NCBI GenBank assembly: GCA_030529385.1
Contig: JAUMWY010000001.1
Coordinates: 24,479-88,478, forward strand
Direction of reading: 5' to 3'
Source: Candidatus Saccharimonadota bacterium
GTDB lineage: Bacteria > Patescibacteriota > Saccharimonadia > Saccharimonadales > Saccharimonadaceae
Length of the DNA stretch: 64,000 nucleotides
Made by a program: the position numbers and the translations under genes. Below, one piece after another: positions 48,058-57,512 of the stretch (its first letter is position 1; every line of letters starts with the position of its first letter). The notes under the pieces were generated by a model. The model saw nothing but the letters and a program-made list of their open reading frames with translations, was not told the origin of the DNA and made no database searches.

Positions 48058-51000
48058 CTAGCGCTTGCGGCGAATCAATGCCCATACACCGGCGATGATT
48101 GCACCGATGCCGCCAATCACTGGTGCGGCGACCGGCATACCGGTATCACTGAGCATTTCACCCTTATTCATCTTATCTTTTTGCTGTTTTTCGGCAGCTT
48201 CTTTAGCTTGACGTTCTTGCTCGGCTTTCTTGTCAGCTTCGTCTTTGGCTTTGCGCTCTGCTTCTGCCTTGTTGTAGTCGTCAACTTGCTGCTGGCGCTT
48301 AGCGAGCTTATCCTTGATGTCGTTAAGCTGTTTGGTTAGCTCGTCACGCTTAGCATTGTCCTGCACCGCAGCAATCTTGTCCTCTAGCGATTTCAGATCA
48401 ATCTGTGGCATTTCGCCATCCTGCAGCGGCGCGTTCAGGGCGTCAGTTGCTTCAGCTAGAGTGTCAGCGGCTTCAGTCTGAGCGGTGGTTTCAGCTTGCT
48501 TGGCAGCGGCAATGGCATCTACGAGAGCCTTAGCGTCATCACGGACTTGCTTGAGTGGTGGATTAGCCATGGCGCGGGTGCCTTGTGCTTTGCGGAAGGC
48601 GGCGGCAACAGCTGGATTGTTCTTGATGTAGTCTGGCTGAGTGTTGTGGTCAGCTTCAGCATCTACTAGCGGCTGCTTGTCGGCCTGAAGACCGTTGATG
48701 GCACTGCGCAGGTCGTTAATGAGTGTGTCGTAGACAGCTTGGTCAACATCGCCTTGTGTAGCTGGCGCTTCAGCGGTTGCAATTGCCTGTTCAAGTGCTT
48801 GCTTAGTGGCCGCAGTGGCACCTTGGCTGGTTTCTGGCTGCTTAGCTTCGGCTAGCAGGGTGCGTAGTTCGTTAAGCTTGGTATTGTAAGCGTCGGTTAG
48901 TTTTTTAAGCTCACCTTGCAGTTCGGCTTTCCTAACGGTGTCTTTAACAGCGTTAATTTTATCTTGAGCATCCGTAAAGTAGACTGGAGATTGGTTGCCT
49001 GGCTTCTTGGCTTCGGCAATGGCAGCGGCAGCGTCAGCCTGGCGCTGAGCTTCGGCTTTCTCTTCAGCCTCAATCTGCTTGGCTTCGGCAATGGCTTGTT
49101 CGAGCTCATCTTTAGCCTGCTTGATCTGATCTGGAGTGGCGTCATCTTGACCGTTAACCGCATTAGCAGCTTGGAGCTTTTCCTTCACCTTAGCGTAGTT
49201 TTGTACAAAGGCAGATTCGCTTGGTACGGAATCGATAACCGCCTTAAGAGCAGCCTTGTCTGGGCGCAGAGCATCCAGCTTGGCGGTGAGTTCGGTAATC
49301 TGCTGCTCGATTGCTGACTGCGCAACGTCTGGCTGAGCCTGCACACCCTTAGCTGCTTGCACCGCTGCAGCCAATGCCTCGCGGGTCTCTTGGCTGGCAC
49401 CAGCCGTAGTAGCTGGATCTTCAGCGCGGGTGATGAGTTGCTGCAATTCGTCCTTTTTAGCATTAAAGGCGGTCTCTACTGCGTTGATGCGAGATTCTAG
49501 TTCAGCTTTTTTAACTGGATCCTTAACGGCAGCCACCTTAGCCTTGGCATCGGTAATGTCGCTCATCTTCTTGGTTTGCTCGGCCTTGACAATCGCCTCG
49601 GTGGCTTGTTGTTGGCGTTCAGTTTCTGCCTGGCGAGCATCTTGCAGTGCCTTAGTTAGGGCGTCAGCCGCCTGCTTGATTTCAGCAGGGGTTGGATTTG
49701 GTAGACCGTTAACACGCTGAGCCTCTGTTAGGGCAGCTGCAACCGCTGGGTCAGCCTTAATGTGCTCATCGGTGCCATTGTGCAGTTCAATTGCCTGCGT
49801 GAGAGCATCTTTATCCGCCCGCAAAGCCTGAACGGCATCGTTAAGTTCGGTTAGGGCTTGGTCGATTTGTGCCTGGGTAGCATCGTTCTTGGCGATGATT
49901 GCTTCGGCGGCAGCTTTTTTGTCTTTAACTGCCTGAACGCTATCTTCGGTGTAGCCTTCCAATGATTCGTCGGTTGTAGCGGTTACCTTAGCCTGTAAAG
50001 CGTCGGCATCAGTGATTTCAATTTCACGATCAACCGTTGCTGTGTTATTGGCGTTATCGGTTGCCGAATACTGCAAAGTGTAGTTACCCTTAGCTGGGTT
50101 AGCTGGGTCTAGATTGATGGCAGCTGCATTGTTGGTAACGCCGGCAGTGGTCAGGCCAGAGTCAGCGTCGTTAGCCGTGACATCGTTAATAGTGATTGGC
50201 GTGTTCTTACGAGCCACAATCTTAGCAGGTGCAGCTGGATCGAAGACTGGGAGGGTGGAATCGCTAAAGTCATAATTTACTGTCAAATAACCGCTAAATT
50301 TAGTGTCGGTCAAGTTGCCATAATTAAATGTCGTATCCCAGTTCACCCGCACGGAACCTTTGCCGCTCAAACCAACCAACTCAATCTCACCACCGACGTT
50401 TTTAACATTGGCAGTTTCAATCACGGGAATGCTCTGGCCATCAACGTCAAGCAGCACATTATGGAACTTGCGCTGACCTTTAGGCAAATCAACAACGCCG
50501 TGTTTTTGGTCGCTAAAAGTTGAACGACCATTCACTAAATTACTGAAACCACCGTCATCAAACAACGCATGCAGCACGCGAATATCATTGCCTGAGATGT
50601 TAATAGCGGTCAGTTTCGGCAGGCTCTGTACAGCATTAACATCATTCTCGTTTAAACCAACCACTTGATGACCAACGTTAAGTGAAATCAACTCTGACAG
50701 AGACCCAAGCGGATGCAAATCAAGTTTTTTGGTTGTTTGCATGGCGTCAAGATAGAGATATTGCAGCTTATTCATCGGCGTCAGCTTGGTTAAATCATCA
50801 AACTTCAAACCGCCAAGGTTAAGTTCTGTCCAGTTAGTTCGGCTAAAAATTGGCTCGATTGATGTAACGCTTGGGTTGCGCGAAATATTCAACCGCACTA
50901 ATTTTGGCATGTTAGCTAGCTTTTGCACTTCGGCGTCGTTTATCTTGGTGGCGCTAGCTTCTAATCGGGCAAGGTTCGGGATGGTTGCGAGTGGCGACAC

Positions 51001-51498
51001 ATCAGCCACTGGGTTGCGGGAGATATTTAGTGCGGCTAGTTTTGGCAAGTCTTTGAGTGGAGATAGGTCGGTGATTTGATTGCTGACCATATCAATATGA
51101 GTTGCCGACACCAAGAACTGCACGCCTTCAAGATTAGTGATATTTTTGCCATTAAGCGACAACTGTCCATACATATTGGTCGGCACTTTCATATCTTTAG
51201 CGGTAATTGTCTGGGTTGCGGTTCGCACCACATCTTCTGGCTGACCAAGTCGCTTGCGCTCAGCATTCATCGCTTTAGCAATCACCTCGTTGAGCGCCGC
51301 CTTAAGATTGGCATCAGGGATGTTCACCTCGTAGCTGTCTGGCGCCGTAGCTGGATCTTGGGTGTTTTCGGCCGACGTGTATGCGCTGGCGATCTTCTGT
51401 TGATCTGCTGTGTTAATTGTATAGAATACGCCACCACTTAGCACAATAGCTGCGACTGCCATCGCTGAGACGTACGTCTTCGCTGTTGTAATTTTCAT
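48058..51498 (-). CDS. Internalin-like LRR surface protein with Ig-like domain, helical repeats and LPXTG-like C-terminal anchor
   Basis: Signal peptide, IPDANLK cap, L..L.IS.N.I.DLSPL repeats, Ala/Gln-rich helical repeats, LSDTG + hydrophobic helix + RRKR. Confidence 0.85.
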   Translation of the reverse strand: MKITTAKTYVSAMAVAAIVLSGGVFYTINTADQQKIASAYTSAENTQDPATAPDSYEVNIPDANLKAALNEVIAKAMNAERKRLGQPEDVVRTATQTITAKDMKVPTNMYGQLSLNGKNITNLEGVQFLVSATHIDMVSNQITDLSPLKDLPKLAALNISRNPVADVSPLATIPNLARLEASATKINDAEVQKLANMPKLVRLNISRNPSVTSIEPIFSRTNWTELNLGGLKFDDLTKLTPMNKLQYLYLDAMQTTKKLDLHPLGSLSELISLNVGHQVVGLNENDVNAVQSLPKLTAINISGNDIRVLHALFDDGGFSNLVNGRSTFSDQKHGVVDLPKGQRKFHNVLLDVDGQSIPVIETANVKNVGGEIELVGLSGKGSVRVNWDTTFNYGNLTDTKFSGYLTVNYDFSDSTLPVFDPAAPAKIVARKNTPITINDVTANDADSGLTTAGVTNNAAAINLDPANPAKGNYTLQYSATDNANNTATVDREIEITDADALQAKVTATTDESLEGYTEDSVQAVKDKKAAAEAIIAKNDATQAQIDQALTELNDAVQALRADKDALTQAIELHNGTDEHIKADPAVAAALTEAQRVNGLPNPTPAEIKQAADALTKALQDARQAETERQQQATEAIVKAEQTKKMSDITDAKAKVAAVKDPVKKAELESRINAVETAFNAKKDELQQLITRAEDPATTAGASQETREALAAAVQAAKGVQAQPDVAQSAIEQQITELTAKLDALRPDKAALKAVIDSVPSESAFVQNYAKVKEKLQAANAVNGQDDATPDQIKQAKDELEQAIAEAKQIEAEEKAEAQRQADAAAAIAEAKKPGNQSPVYFTDAQDKINAVKDTVRKAELQGELKKLTDAYNTKLNELRTLLAEAKQPETSQGATAATKQALEQAIATAEAPATQGDVDQAVYDTLINDLRSAINGLQADKQPLVDAEADHNTQPDYIKNNPAVAAAFRKAQGTRAMANPPLKQVRDDAKALVDAIAAAKQAETTAQTEAADTLAEATDALNAPLQDGEMPQIDLKSLEDKIAAVQDNAKRDELTKQLNDIKDKLAKRQQQVDDYNKAEAERKAKDEADKKAEQERQAKEAAEKQQKDKMNKGEMLSDTGMPVAAPVIGGIGAIIAGVWALIRRKR

Positions 51499-51583
51499 AT
51501 ATCCCCCTACTTGCTGTAGTTTAATAAAAATATCTTTTTCATTATATCACCAATCATAAGCACAAAACAACCATTGATACTAT

Positions 51584-51614
51584 AAAAACCACCCCATTTC
51601 TGAGGTGGTGCTTT
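51584..51614 (-). terminator. Intrinsic terminator after rpsP
   Basis: Minus strand accacctca-gaaa-tggggtggt followed by T-run. Confidence 0.75.
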
Positions 51615-51633
51615 ATAGTTTCACTAGGAGCTG

Positions 51634-51984
51634 CTATGCTTCTGTTGCTTCTTCAGTAGCCTCTTCTTTTGGCTGGTTCTTACGCAACTTTTCTGGATTG
51701 CGGATAGCGCGTTGCTTGTCGGCCTTTGCGGCCTTTACCCACTTTGGCAGCTTAATGCCAGCTTCTTGTAGTAGTTTTACCACGCGAGGCGTTGGCTGAG
51801 CGCCATTGTCAAGATATTTCTGCGCTAACTCAGTCTGAATGTTAGCCTCTTTAGTGTGTGGGTTGTATGAACCAACATACGCCACCACGCGACCGCTTGA
51901 AGGATGGCGATGCGCCTCCTGCACTGCCAAGCGGTATACTGGATAGCCCTTGCGGCCCAATCGTTGCAAACGAATTGCGAGCAT
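51634..51984 (-). CDS. rpsP: 30S ribosomal protein S16
   Basis: IRLQRLGRKGYPVYR, GSYNP, YLDNGAQPT. Confidence 0.95.
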   Translation of the reverse strand: MLAIRLQRLGRKGYPVYRLAVQEAHRHPSSGRVVAYVGSYNPHTKEANIQTELAQKYLDNGAQPTPRVVKLLQEAGIKLPKWVKAAKADKQRAIRNPEKLRKNQPKEEATEEATEA

Positions 51985-52174
51985 GTAGTATTTCTTCCTT
52001 TTGCCTTACATTTAACTCTTACTTCTGTGACAGTATACACTATTTGATGAGAGGCGTCAATTAAGGAGTTGCAGCAACCCCCTAAGAGGACCCTGCGGCT
52101 TCAAGAAGTAGAAATGTAATAATGAGATGTTTATAGTTTAATTACTTTACCCACCTAACCGTCCACATGCCGGC

Positions 52175-52675
52175 TCATTCATCATATCCTGGCAGTGTCA
52201 TCTGTTTTTGACGCTCTTCCTCGGTAAGATGAGGGTAGTAGTGCGACAGGGATCTCGCAGAATACCCCTTCAGTTCTGCCTCTCTTTCTGAGCAGAAATA
52301 GTCTGGAGAAAATCGCAAGAAGTTAACTGACGGTGATTGCTCATAGTAAGCAATGTTTTTGAAAAGAAGTCCAGATTGGAGTGGCTTTCTGCCGCACTCA
52401 ATCCATTTGGTATAAAAACGAATCTGACCACCAAAACCGCTTACCTCAAGCATCGCGAATACTATCACAAATAGCACAACGAGGACAACTGTGATCCTCC
52501 GTAACCATACCAATATCAATTCATGACGCTCCTTAGTAAGCGCCTGCTTCAGTCCCTTCTGGACTAAGCGCTGCCCCCTGACATAGAGCAAGATGGCGCC
52601 AATGGCTAGGCTGAGGAGGAATAGGAGTGGAATGATAATACCCTTATGTCTATTCATACCCATTACTGCTAGCAT
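52175..52675 (-). CDS. Small membrane protein, paralog of 52731..53030
   Basis: 2 TM, GGQIRFYTKWIECGRKP, FCSEREAELKGY. Confidence 0.7.
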   Translation of the reverse strand: MLAVMGMNRHKGIIIPLLFLLSLAIGAILLYVRGQRLVQKGLKQALTKERHELILVWLRRITVVLVVLFVIVFAMLEVSGFGGQIRFYTKWIECGRKPLQSGLLFKNIAYYEQSPSVNFLRFSPDYFCSEREAELKGYSARSLSHYYPHLTEEERQKQMTLPGYDE

Positions 52676-52730
52676 ATCATGTTCATGGGGTGCTTTGTTG
52701 GGATGCTAGCTAAGAGATCTCACCGCCGCG

Positions 52731-53030
52731 CTACAGTTCGTGACGCCACCTATAGCCCCTTTCACGCGCCTCGGCCTCAGTGCAAACATAGCTCTGATTA
52801 CCACGAGTTACGTCTATTACTGCAGGCGATATCATATATTGCTTTGATCGCTTATATACGACCCCCTCATCGAGCTGTATCGGCTTCTGACCGCATTCGA
52901 TCCATTTAGCATAAAAACGAATATTGCCGCCAATGACAGTGTCGACGAGAACGGCCGTACCGAGCAAAAAGAGAATAATGATAATGATAATGTGCTTAAT
53001 AACTGTCTTATCGTCCTTTTTGTTGTCCAT
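52731..53030 (-). CDS. Small membrane protein, paralog of 52175..52675
   Basis: 1 TM, GGNIRFYAKWIECGQKP, VCTEAEARERGY; GGAGG RBS. Confidence 0.72.
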   Translation of the reverse strand: MDNKKDDKTVIKHIIIIIILFLLGTAVLVDTVIGGNIRFYAKWIECGQKPIQLDEGVVYKRSKQYMISPAVIDVTRGNQSYVCTEAEARERGYRWRHEL

Positions 53031-55635
53031 ATCGCCCTCCATACCGCCATAGTATCACAAAGCCCAGTACTATCACACCAACACTCACCACCCCAGCCAG
53101 AGACATATCCATACCAGACCTGGCTAATGCATCAATATCATCCGCCTTGGCCTGATGCACATTAGTACGAGGCGCTCCATTATCTTTATTGGTATCCAAC
53201 TGCCCCCTTTGACTGTTGTCCGCTAGATGGGGAAACCACCTCTGTTTGCATATGTCCTTTCCGAACTTGTCGGGAATGGACGGTAATATCTCACACAAAT
53301 TTTCCTCACCGCTCATTTGTGACACCCCTTGATTATTACCCTGTTTAAAATACAGCGTCTGCAGTAGTGCAACTTGGCCTCCGCTCCTATCCACCCCCTC
53401 GATCACTAGTGTATGATAGCCGGGCTCAATCGGCTGAAATACATCAATATCAAAAGAAGCCCCGCCGCCATCATCTGTATTCTGCACACCCAGTGATAGT
53501 TTTTTCGACATAAGACTAACCTCGACCGATGAATGGGGCGCAAAACTGCCAACGGGCACGGATACTGGTATTCTTCCGACGTAATCTTTTGTCATAGCCG
53601 ATACCATCGCAACCCATCGCACTATCCGCGTCGGCAGCGGAAGAGGCTGTAAGTTCTGTGAGTCATTCTTTGGCAACCGTTCATGAATAGCCTTCGCCAT
53701 TTTATAATGGCCGACAAAGTTTGGGTGAAATGCCCCGTGTATGTCACTGCCAGCTATTCGATATATCTTCAGGTCTTGAATGGTTGTCACATACTTACTT
53801 CCTTGACACATCATGCCACCTTCGAGGACATTCTCTATATCTATAAAGGACACTTCCATATCACGGGCTGCCTGGCGTAACACCTGGTTCATAAGCGTAA
53901 CATATAGCCGGATCATTGCCCGCTCTTTCCTATTGAGGAAAAGCGTACCCGAACAGTCGCCCTCCTCTTCAGCGATAAACTGTGGGTAGCCCACAATTAT
54001 GATGTTTGAGCTGGGGGAGTATTGCTGCATAGCGGCAACGAGCCGCTTCACACTTCCATATTGGCTATATATCGCATCCATAGCAAGTCGCGTATGGCCC
54101 TCACCATTAGCATATCCACAAGAACCGGGCGTTATACACTGCAGCAATAAATCAGGAAATCCAGCATCGTTACCACCGCCAGTAAGAGTTATCGTCTTTG
54201 GCTTATACCTCTTTACGAATTCCAGCTGGGGAACATAGCCGGGAAAGAATTGGTCAAGCGCCTCCTTGACGATAGCGTCCTTCCCCTCTTGGCGGTACTC
54301 CGTCTTCTGTTTCTTATTTTGACCTCTGTAAGTAACTATCGACTCCGTATAGTCAGGATCTATCTTCGCTCCCGAACAGGCAACAGATTGAAACTTCCCT
54401 TCAGATATGCGCCACCACTTGGCGAGAAGGAATGGATACGATCGAAAACTCAGATGGCATCCATCCTCACCCTTTGTCCCATTGATATACCCATCAAAAT
54501 CATCACCCCAAATATCGCCCTCGCCGCTTGAATAGGAGTCGCCCATCGCTAGATAATCGAGCTGGCCGTATGGGTAATGGTTCGGAGCAGACAAGGTTAC
54601 TATTCGACGCCCCTCAGGGTGCAGGCCGTCAAGATAATACGACAACTCAGTAAAGTCATCAGTAATCTTCATTCGGTGAGTTTTAGCATTACGGGGCTTA
54701 CCCATGAGAGAATGTACCTTTGGATGCAGCAGGCGAGACGGACATGGGTCGTCGCCGCGCCCCGACTGAATATAGCTATCGCGATCAACCTGGCAATCTT
54801 TGGTAATACGCCACATTTTGAATGCGCCATTGCCGCCGGCGATAATCTTTGTACCATCATTAGAGATAACAAATTCCGGAAACGGCTCGTATGAATATTC
54901 ATCGATATAATGTCCCCGACCAAACATCTGTTGCCGCCCAGTCTCCGTATCAACTAACGATAGTCTCCCGAATCGTCCATACGACCCGCCATCATCCGCA
55001 TACGCCAAATACCGCCCGTTATTTGAGATACCCCATCCATAGGCAAAAGCATTCTCGCCTTTGGTATTAACAAGTTGATATGCCGGACCATCCGTTCTTA
55101 GACTATAAGACACACCATCGCTATGAGCTGTAATCCGCTGACTTACATCAGTTATTTTCATAATGTGATGAGTTACGCCGCGACCAAACACATATCGCCC
55201 ATGACCAATGAATGCCGTGTCTGTCCCCTTCAGATGAATCATATAGTTAGCATTGCGCAATAGGTAGAATACCTTATGTCCATGCGGTCGAACATACACT
55301 TCACTGCCGATCTGCCCCAGTTCATACCCCGGGACACCACTAGTGCACAGGCGCTTTTGTTCATGTTTGCCGCGATTATAGCCATAATGACCAACAGTAG
55401 TTGCATGACGCGGTATACAATCATTCCGTGACCACTCATCACCATCAAATAGCCCAAGCGGCCGCTCATCCACCAATGCCGGTTCACCCTGCAGCCAATC
55501 AGCCGTCGCTGCCTCAACTCGCCCCTGCCCCTGTAAAAGAAAAACCGCCGAGGCCGTCACCAACCCCAGCAGCACTATGCCGACTGTGCCGTTTCTACGG
55601 CTGCGTATTCGTAGCATCATACGCCGTCGCTTCAT
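53008..55635 (-). CDS. Secreted/membrane-anchored SGNH (GDSL) hydrolase with N-terminal beta-rich domain
   Basis: MGDSYSSGEG, VACSGA, LTGGGNDAGF, FHPN..GH SGNH blocks; N-terminal signal and C-terminal TM. Confidence 0.85.
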   Translation of the reverse strand: MKRRRMMLRIRSRRNGTVGIVLLGLVTASAVFLLQGQGRVEAATADWLQGEPALVDERPLGLFDGDEWSRNDCIPRHATTVGHYGYNRGKHEQKRLCTSGVPGYELGQIGSEVYVRPHGHKVFYLLRNANYMIHLKGTDTAFIGHGRYVFGRGVTHHIMKITDVSQRITAHSDGVSYSLRTDGPAYQLVNTKGENAFAYGWGISNNGRYLAYADDGGSYGRFGRLSLVDTETGRQQMFGRGHYIDEYSYEPFPEFVISNDGTKIIAGGNGAFKMWRITKDCQVDRDSYIQSGRGDDPCPSRLLHPKVHSLMGKPRNAKTHRMKITDDFTELSYYLDGLHPEGRRIVTLSAPNHYPYGQLDYLAMGDSYSSGEGDIWGDDFDGYINGTKGEDGCHLSFRSYPFLLAKWWRISEGKFQSVACSGAKIDPDYTESIVTYRGQNKKQKTEYRQEGKDAIVKEALDQFFPGYVPQLEFVKRYKPKTITLTGGGNDAGFPDLLLQCITPGSCGYANGEGHTRLAMDAIYSQYGSVKRLVAAMQQYSPSSNIIIVGYPQFIAEEEGDCSGTLFLNRKERAMIRLYVTLMNQVLRQAARDMEVSFIDIENVLEGGMMCQGSKYVTTIQDLKIYRIAGSDIHGAFHPNFVGHYKMAKAIHERLPKNDSQNLQPLPLPTRIVRWVAMVSAMTKDYVGRIPVSVPVGSFAPHSSVEVSLMSKKLSLGVQNTDDGGGASFDIDVFQPIEPGYHTLVIEGVDRSGGQVALLQTLYFKQGNNQGVSQMSGEENLCEILPSIPDKFGKDICKQRWFPHLADNSQRGQLDTNKDNGAPRTNVHQAKADDIDALARSGMDMSLAGVVSVGVIVLGFVILWRYGGRYGQQKGR

Positions 55636-55677
55636 GGCTCATAGTATATAGCACGAGATAGCGAAGCGCAAGCGTTT

Positions 55678-56913
55678 TTAACCAGTCACAATCCCGCCAC
55701 CCAAACACACCTCGCCATCATACACCACAGCTGATTGACCGGGCGCTACGGCACGCTCAGGGGACGCTAGCTGTAGCGTGCCGGCGCTATATATAGCGTC
55801 AATTAGTGCGCCGCGGTGACGCAGTCGCACCCGGATTTGCGCGCCATCCCCCGGCGGCTGATTAATCCAATGCTCATCCACGAGCGCAATGTCAGTGCGC
55901 CACAGACGCTCGTCATCCAGTGAGCGCGACACATAGACTTCATTCTTGACCATATCTTTACCCACTACATAATACGGCAGGCCGCCGCCAACATTCAGAC
56001 CGTGACGCTGGCCAATAGTGTAAAAAATCGCCCCGTCATGCTGCCCAACCACCTGGCTGGTTTGCCTGTCAATAATATCGCCTGGCGTCGTCTCAACATA
56101 CTCGCTCAAAAACTCCCGAATCCCGACTTGACCGACAAAGCAAATTCCCATTGATTCTTTTTTATCCGCCGTCCACAGACCGCGATCTTTGGCCATCCGC
56201 CGCACCTCGTCTTTAGTATAGTCGCCCAGCGGAAACAGCGTCCGGCCCAACGCCTCACCGCTCACTCGATACAGAAAATATGTTTGGTCCTTGTTCGCGT
56301 CGCGAGCGCGCAGAAGTTGGGCCGATGCTTGCTCGGATGAGTCCGAAAAACAATCCGGGTCCCGCATAAAGTTGCCCAGATTTTTTTCAGGGCCACCACT
56401 CACTTCACATGAAGCAGTCGCAGCACTGCGGGTGGCGCGAGGCGGGGCAGCACCCCGGGATGATTTTTCTGCAAGAAAAATATCACGAGGGGCGGACCGA
56501 GTGACAGGACTCGCAGTATGATCAAAATGTTCCACTCGCGCATAATGCCCCGTCGCCACAACATCCACACCCGCCTCCATAGCCGCCCGCCAAAACACCC
56601 CAAACTTCATCTCTTGATTACACATCACATCGGGATTTGGCGTCCGCCCGGCCTGATACTCGCGCACCATATACTCCACCACATGCTGCTTATATTCCGC
56701 CTGAAAATCAACCACTTGAAAATCAATCCCCAGGCCAACCGCCACGCGCTTAGCATCCGCCACATCATCTGCCCATGGACAGTGCATCCCCGGCAAATCC
56801 TCAGCCCAGTTTTTCATATAAACGCCCGTCACATCATGCCTCTGCTCAACCAACAGCGCTGCCGCCACCGACGAATCCACGCCGCCCGACATGCCGACCC
56901 ATACTTTTGCCAT
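55678..56913 (-). CDS. mnmA: tRNA 2-thiouridylase MnmA with internal insertion
   Basis: SGGVDS, PNPDVMCN, ATGHYAR, KDQTYFL, ESMGICF, YTIGQRHGL, APGQSAV. Confidence 0.95.
   Translation of the reverse strand: MAKVWVGMSGGVDSSVAAALLVEQRHDVTGVYMKNWAEDLPGMHCPWADDVADAKRVAVGLGIDFQVVDFQAEYKQHVVEYMVREYQAGRTPNPDVMCNQEMKFGVFWRAAMEAGVDVVATGHYARVEHFDHTASPVTRSAPRDIFLAEKSSRGAAPPRATRSAATASCEVSGGPEKNLGNFMRDPDCFSDSSEQASAQLLRARDANKDQTYFLYRVSGEALGRTLFPLGDYTKDEVRRMAKDRGLWTADKKESMGICFVGQVGIREFLSEYVETTPGDIIDRQTSQVVGQHDGAIFYTIGQRHGLNVGGGLPYYVVGKDMVKNEVYVSRSLDDERLWRTDIALVDEHWINQPPGDGAQIRVRLRHRGALIDAIYSAGTLQLASPERAVAPGQSAVVYDGEVCLGGGIVTG
56428..56508 (-). repeat. Palindromic repeat element, copy inside the mnmA coding sequence
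   Basis: 75/81 identity to 41557..41637 (opposite orientation); translated in frame as PVTRSAPRDIFLAEKSSRGAAPPRATR. Confidence 0.9.
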
Positions 56914-57512
56914 TAGCGCGACCCTCCAACCATAAATAAGCCGTTTTTAACCAGTTCACTGAGCGCCAGCCACCAACCCCACGGCGTCAACCACCACACC
57001 GGACCCCAGTGCTTATCGCTACCGACAGGGTGCGCCACTATCGTCACATTAGGCAGGTGCGCCGCAAATTCTGACTGCGCTCGGCGCATATGATAGGCGC
57101 TAGTCACTAGAATTAGCCGTTTGAATTGGCGCTGTTCGGCTACCTGTTTTACTTCGGCGGCATTTTGTTTAGTGGTTTCTGAGCGCTCCTCAGCGATAAT
57201 CTGCGTCAGTGGCACGCCTTGATTATTAGCACGCTGACGCATAGCTGCAGCATTTGACTGGCTGGTTTTATCGGCCGCTGCCCCCGAGACAATCAACAAC
57301 GGCGCCCATTTTTGCTGAAACAGGCGAATTGCTTCATCAGTGCGGGCATTGGTATCGCCGCCAGAAATGACCACAATGGCGTCAGCCGGTGCACACTGCC
57401 CCGTCGTTGGCTCGTCTTGACAATCCGCCAAGCCATCTGGCGACAAATAAAGACTTAGGCCAATCACCATCACCGCCACCACAATCACTGCGCCAATCAG
57501 CCGATGGATCAT
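56913..57512 (-). CDS. YdcF/DUF218 family protein
   Basis: ADAIVVISGG, EERSETTKQNA, LVTSAYHMRRA. Confidence 0.9.
   Translation of the reverse strand: MIHRLIGAVIVVAVMVIGLSLYLSPDGLADCQDEPTTGQCAPADAIVVISGGDTNARTDEAIRLFQQKWAPLLIVSGAAADKTSQSNAAAMRQRANNQGVPLTQIIAEERSETTKQNAAEVKQVAEQRQFKRLILVTSAYHMRRAQSEFAAHLPNVTIVAHPVGSDKHWGPVWWLTPWGWWLALSELVKNGLFMVGGSR

Noticed and set aside
56320-56530. mnmA insertion as an intein or group I/II intron
   Set aside because: Too short, lacks intein N-terminal Cys/Ser and C-terminal His-Asn motifs, and shows no recognisable intron core elements
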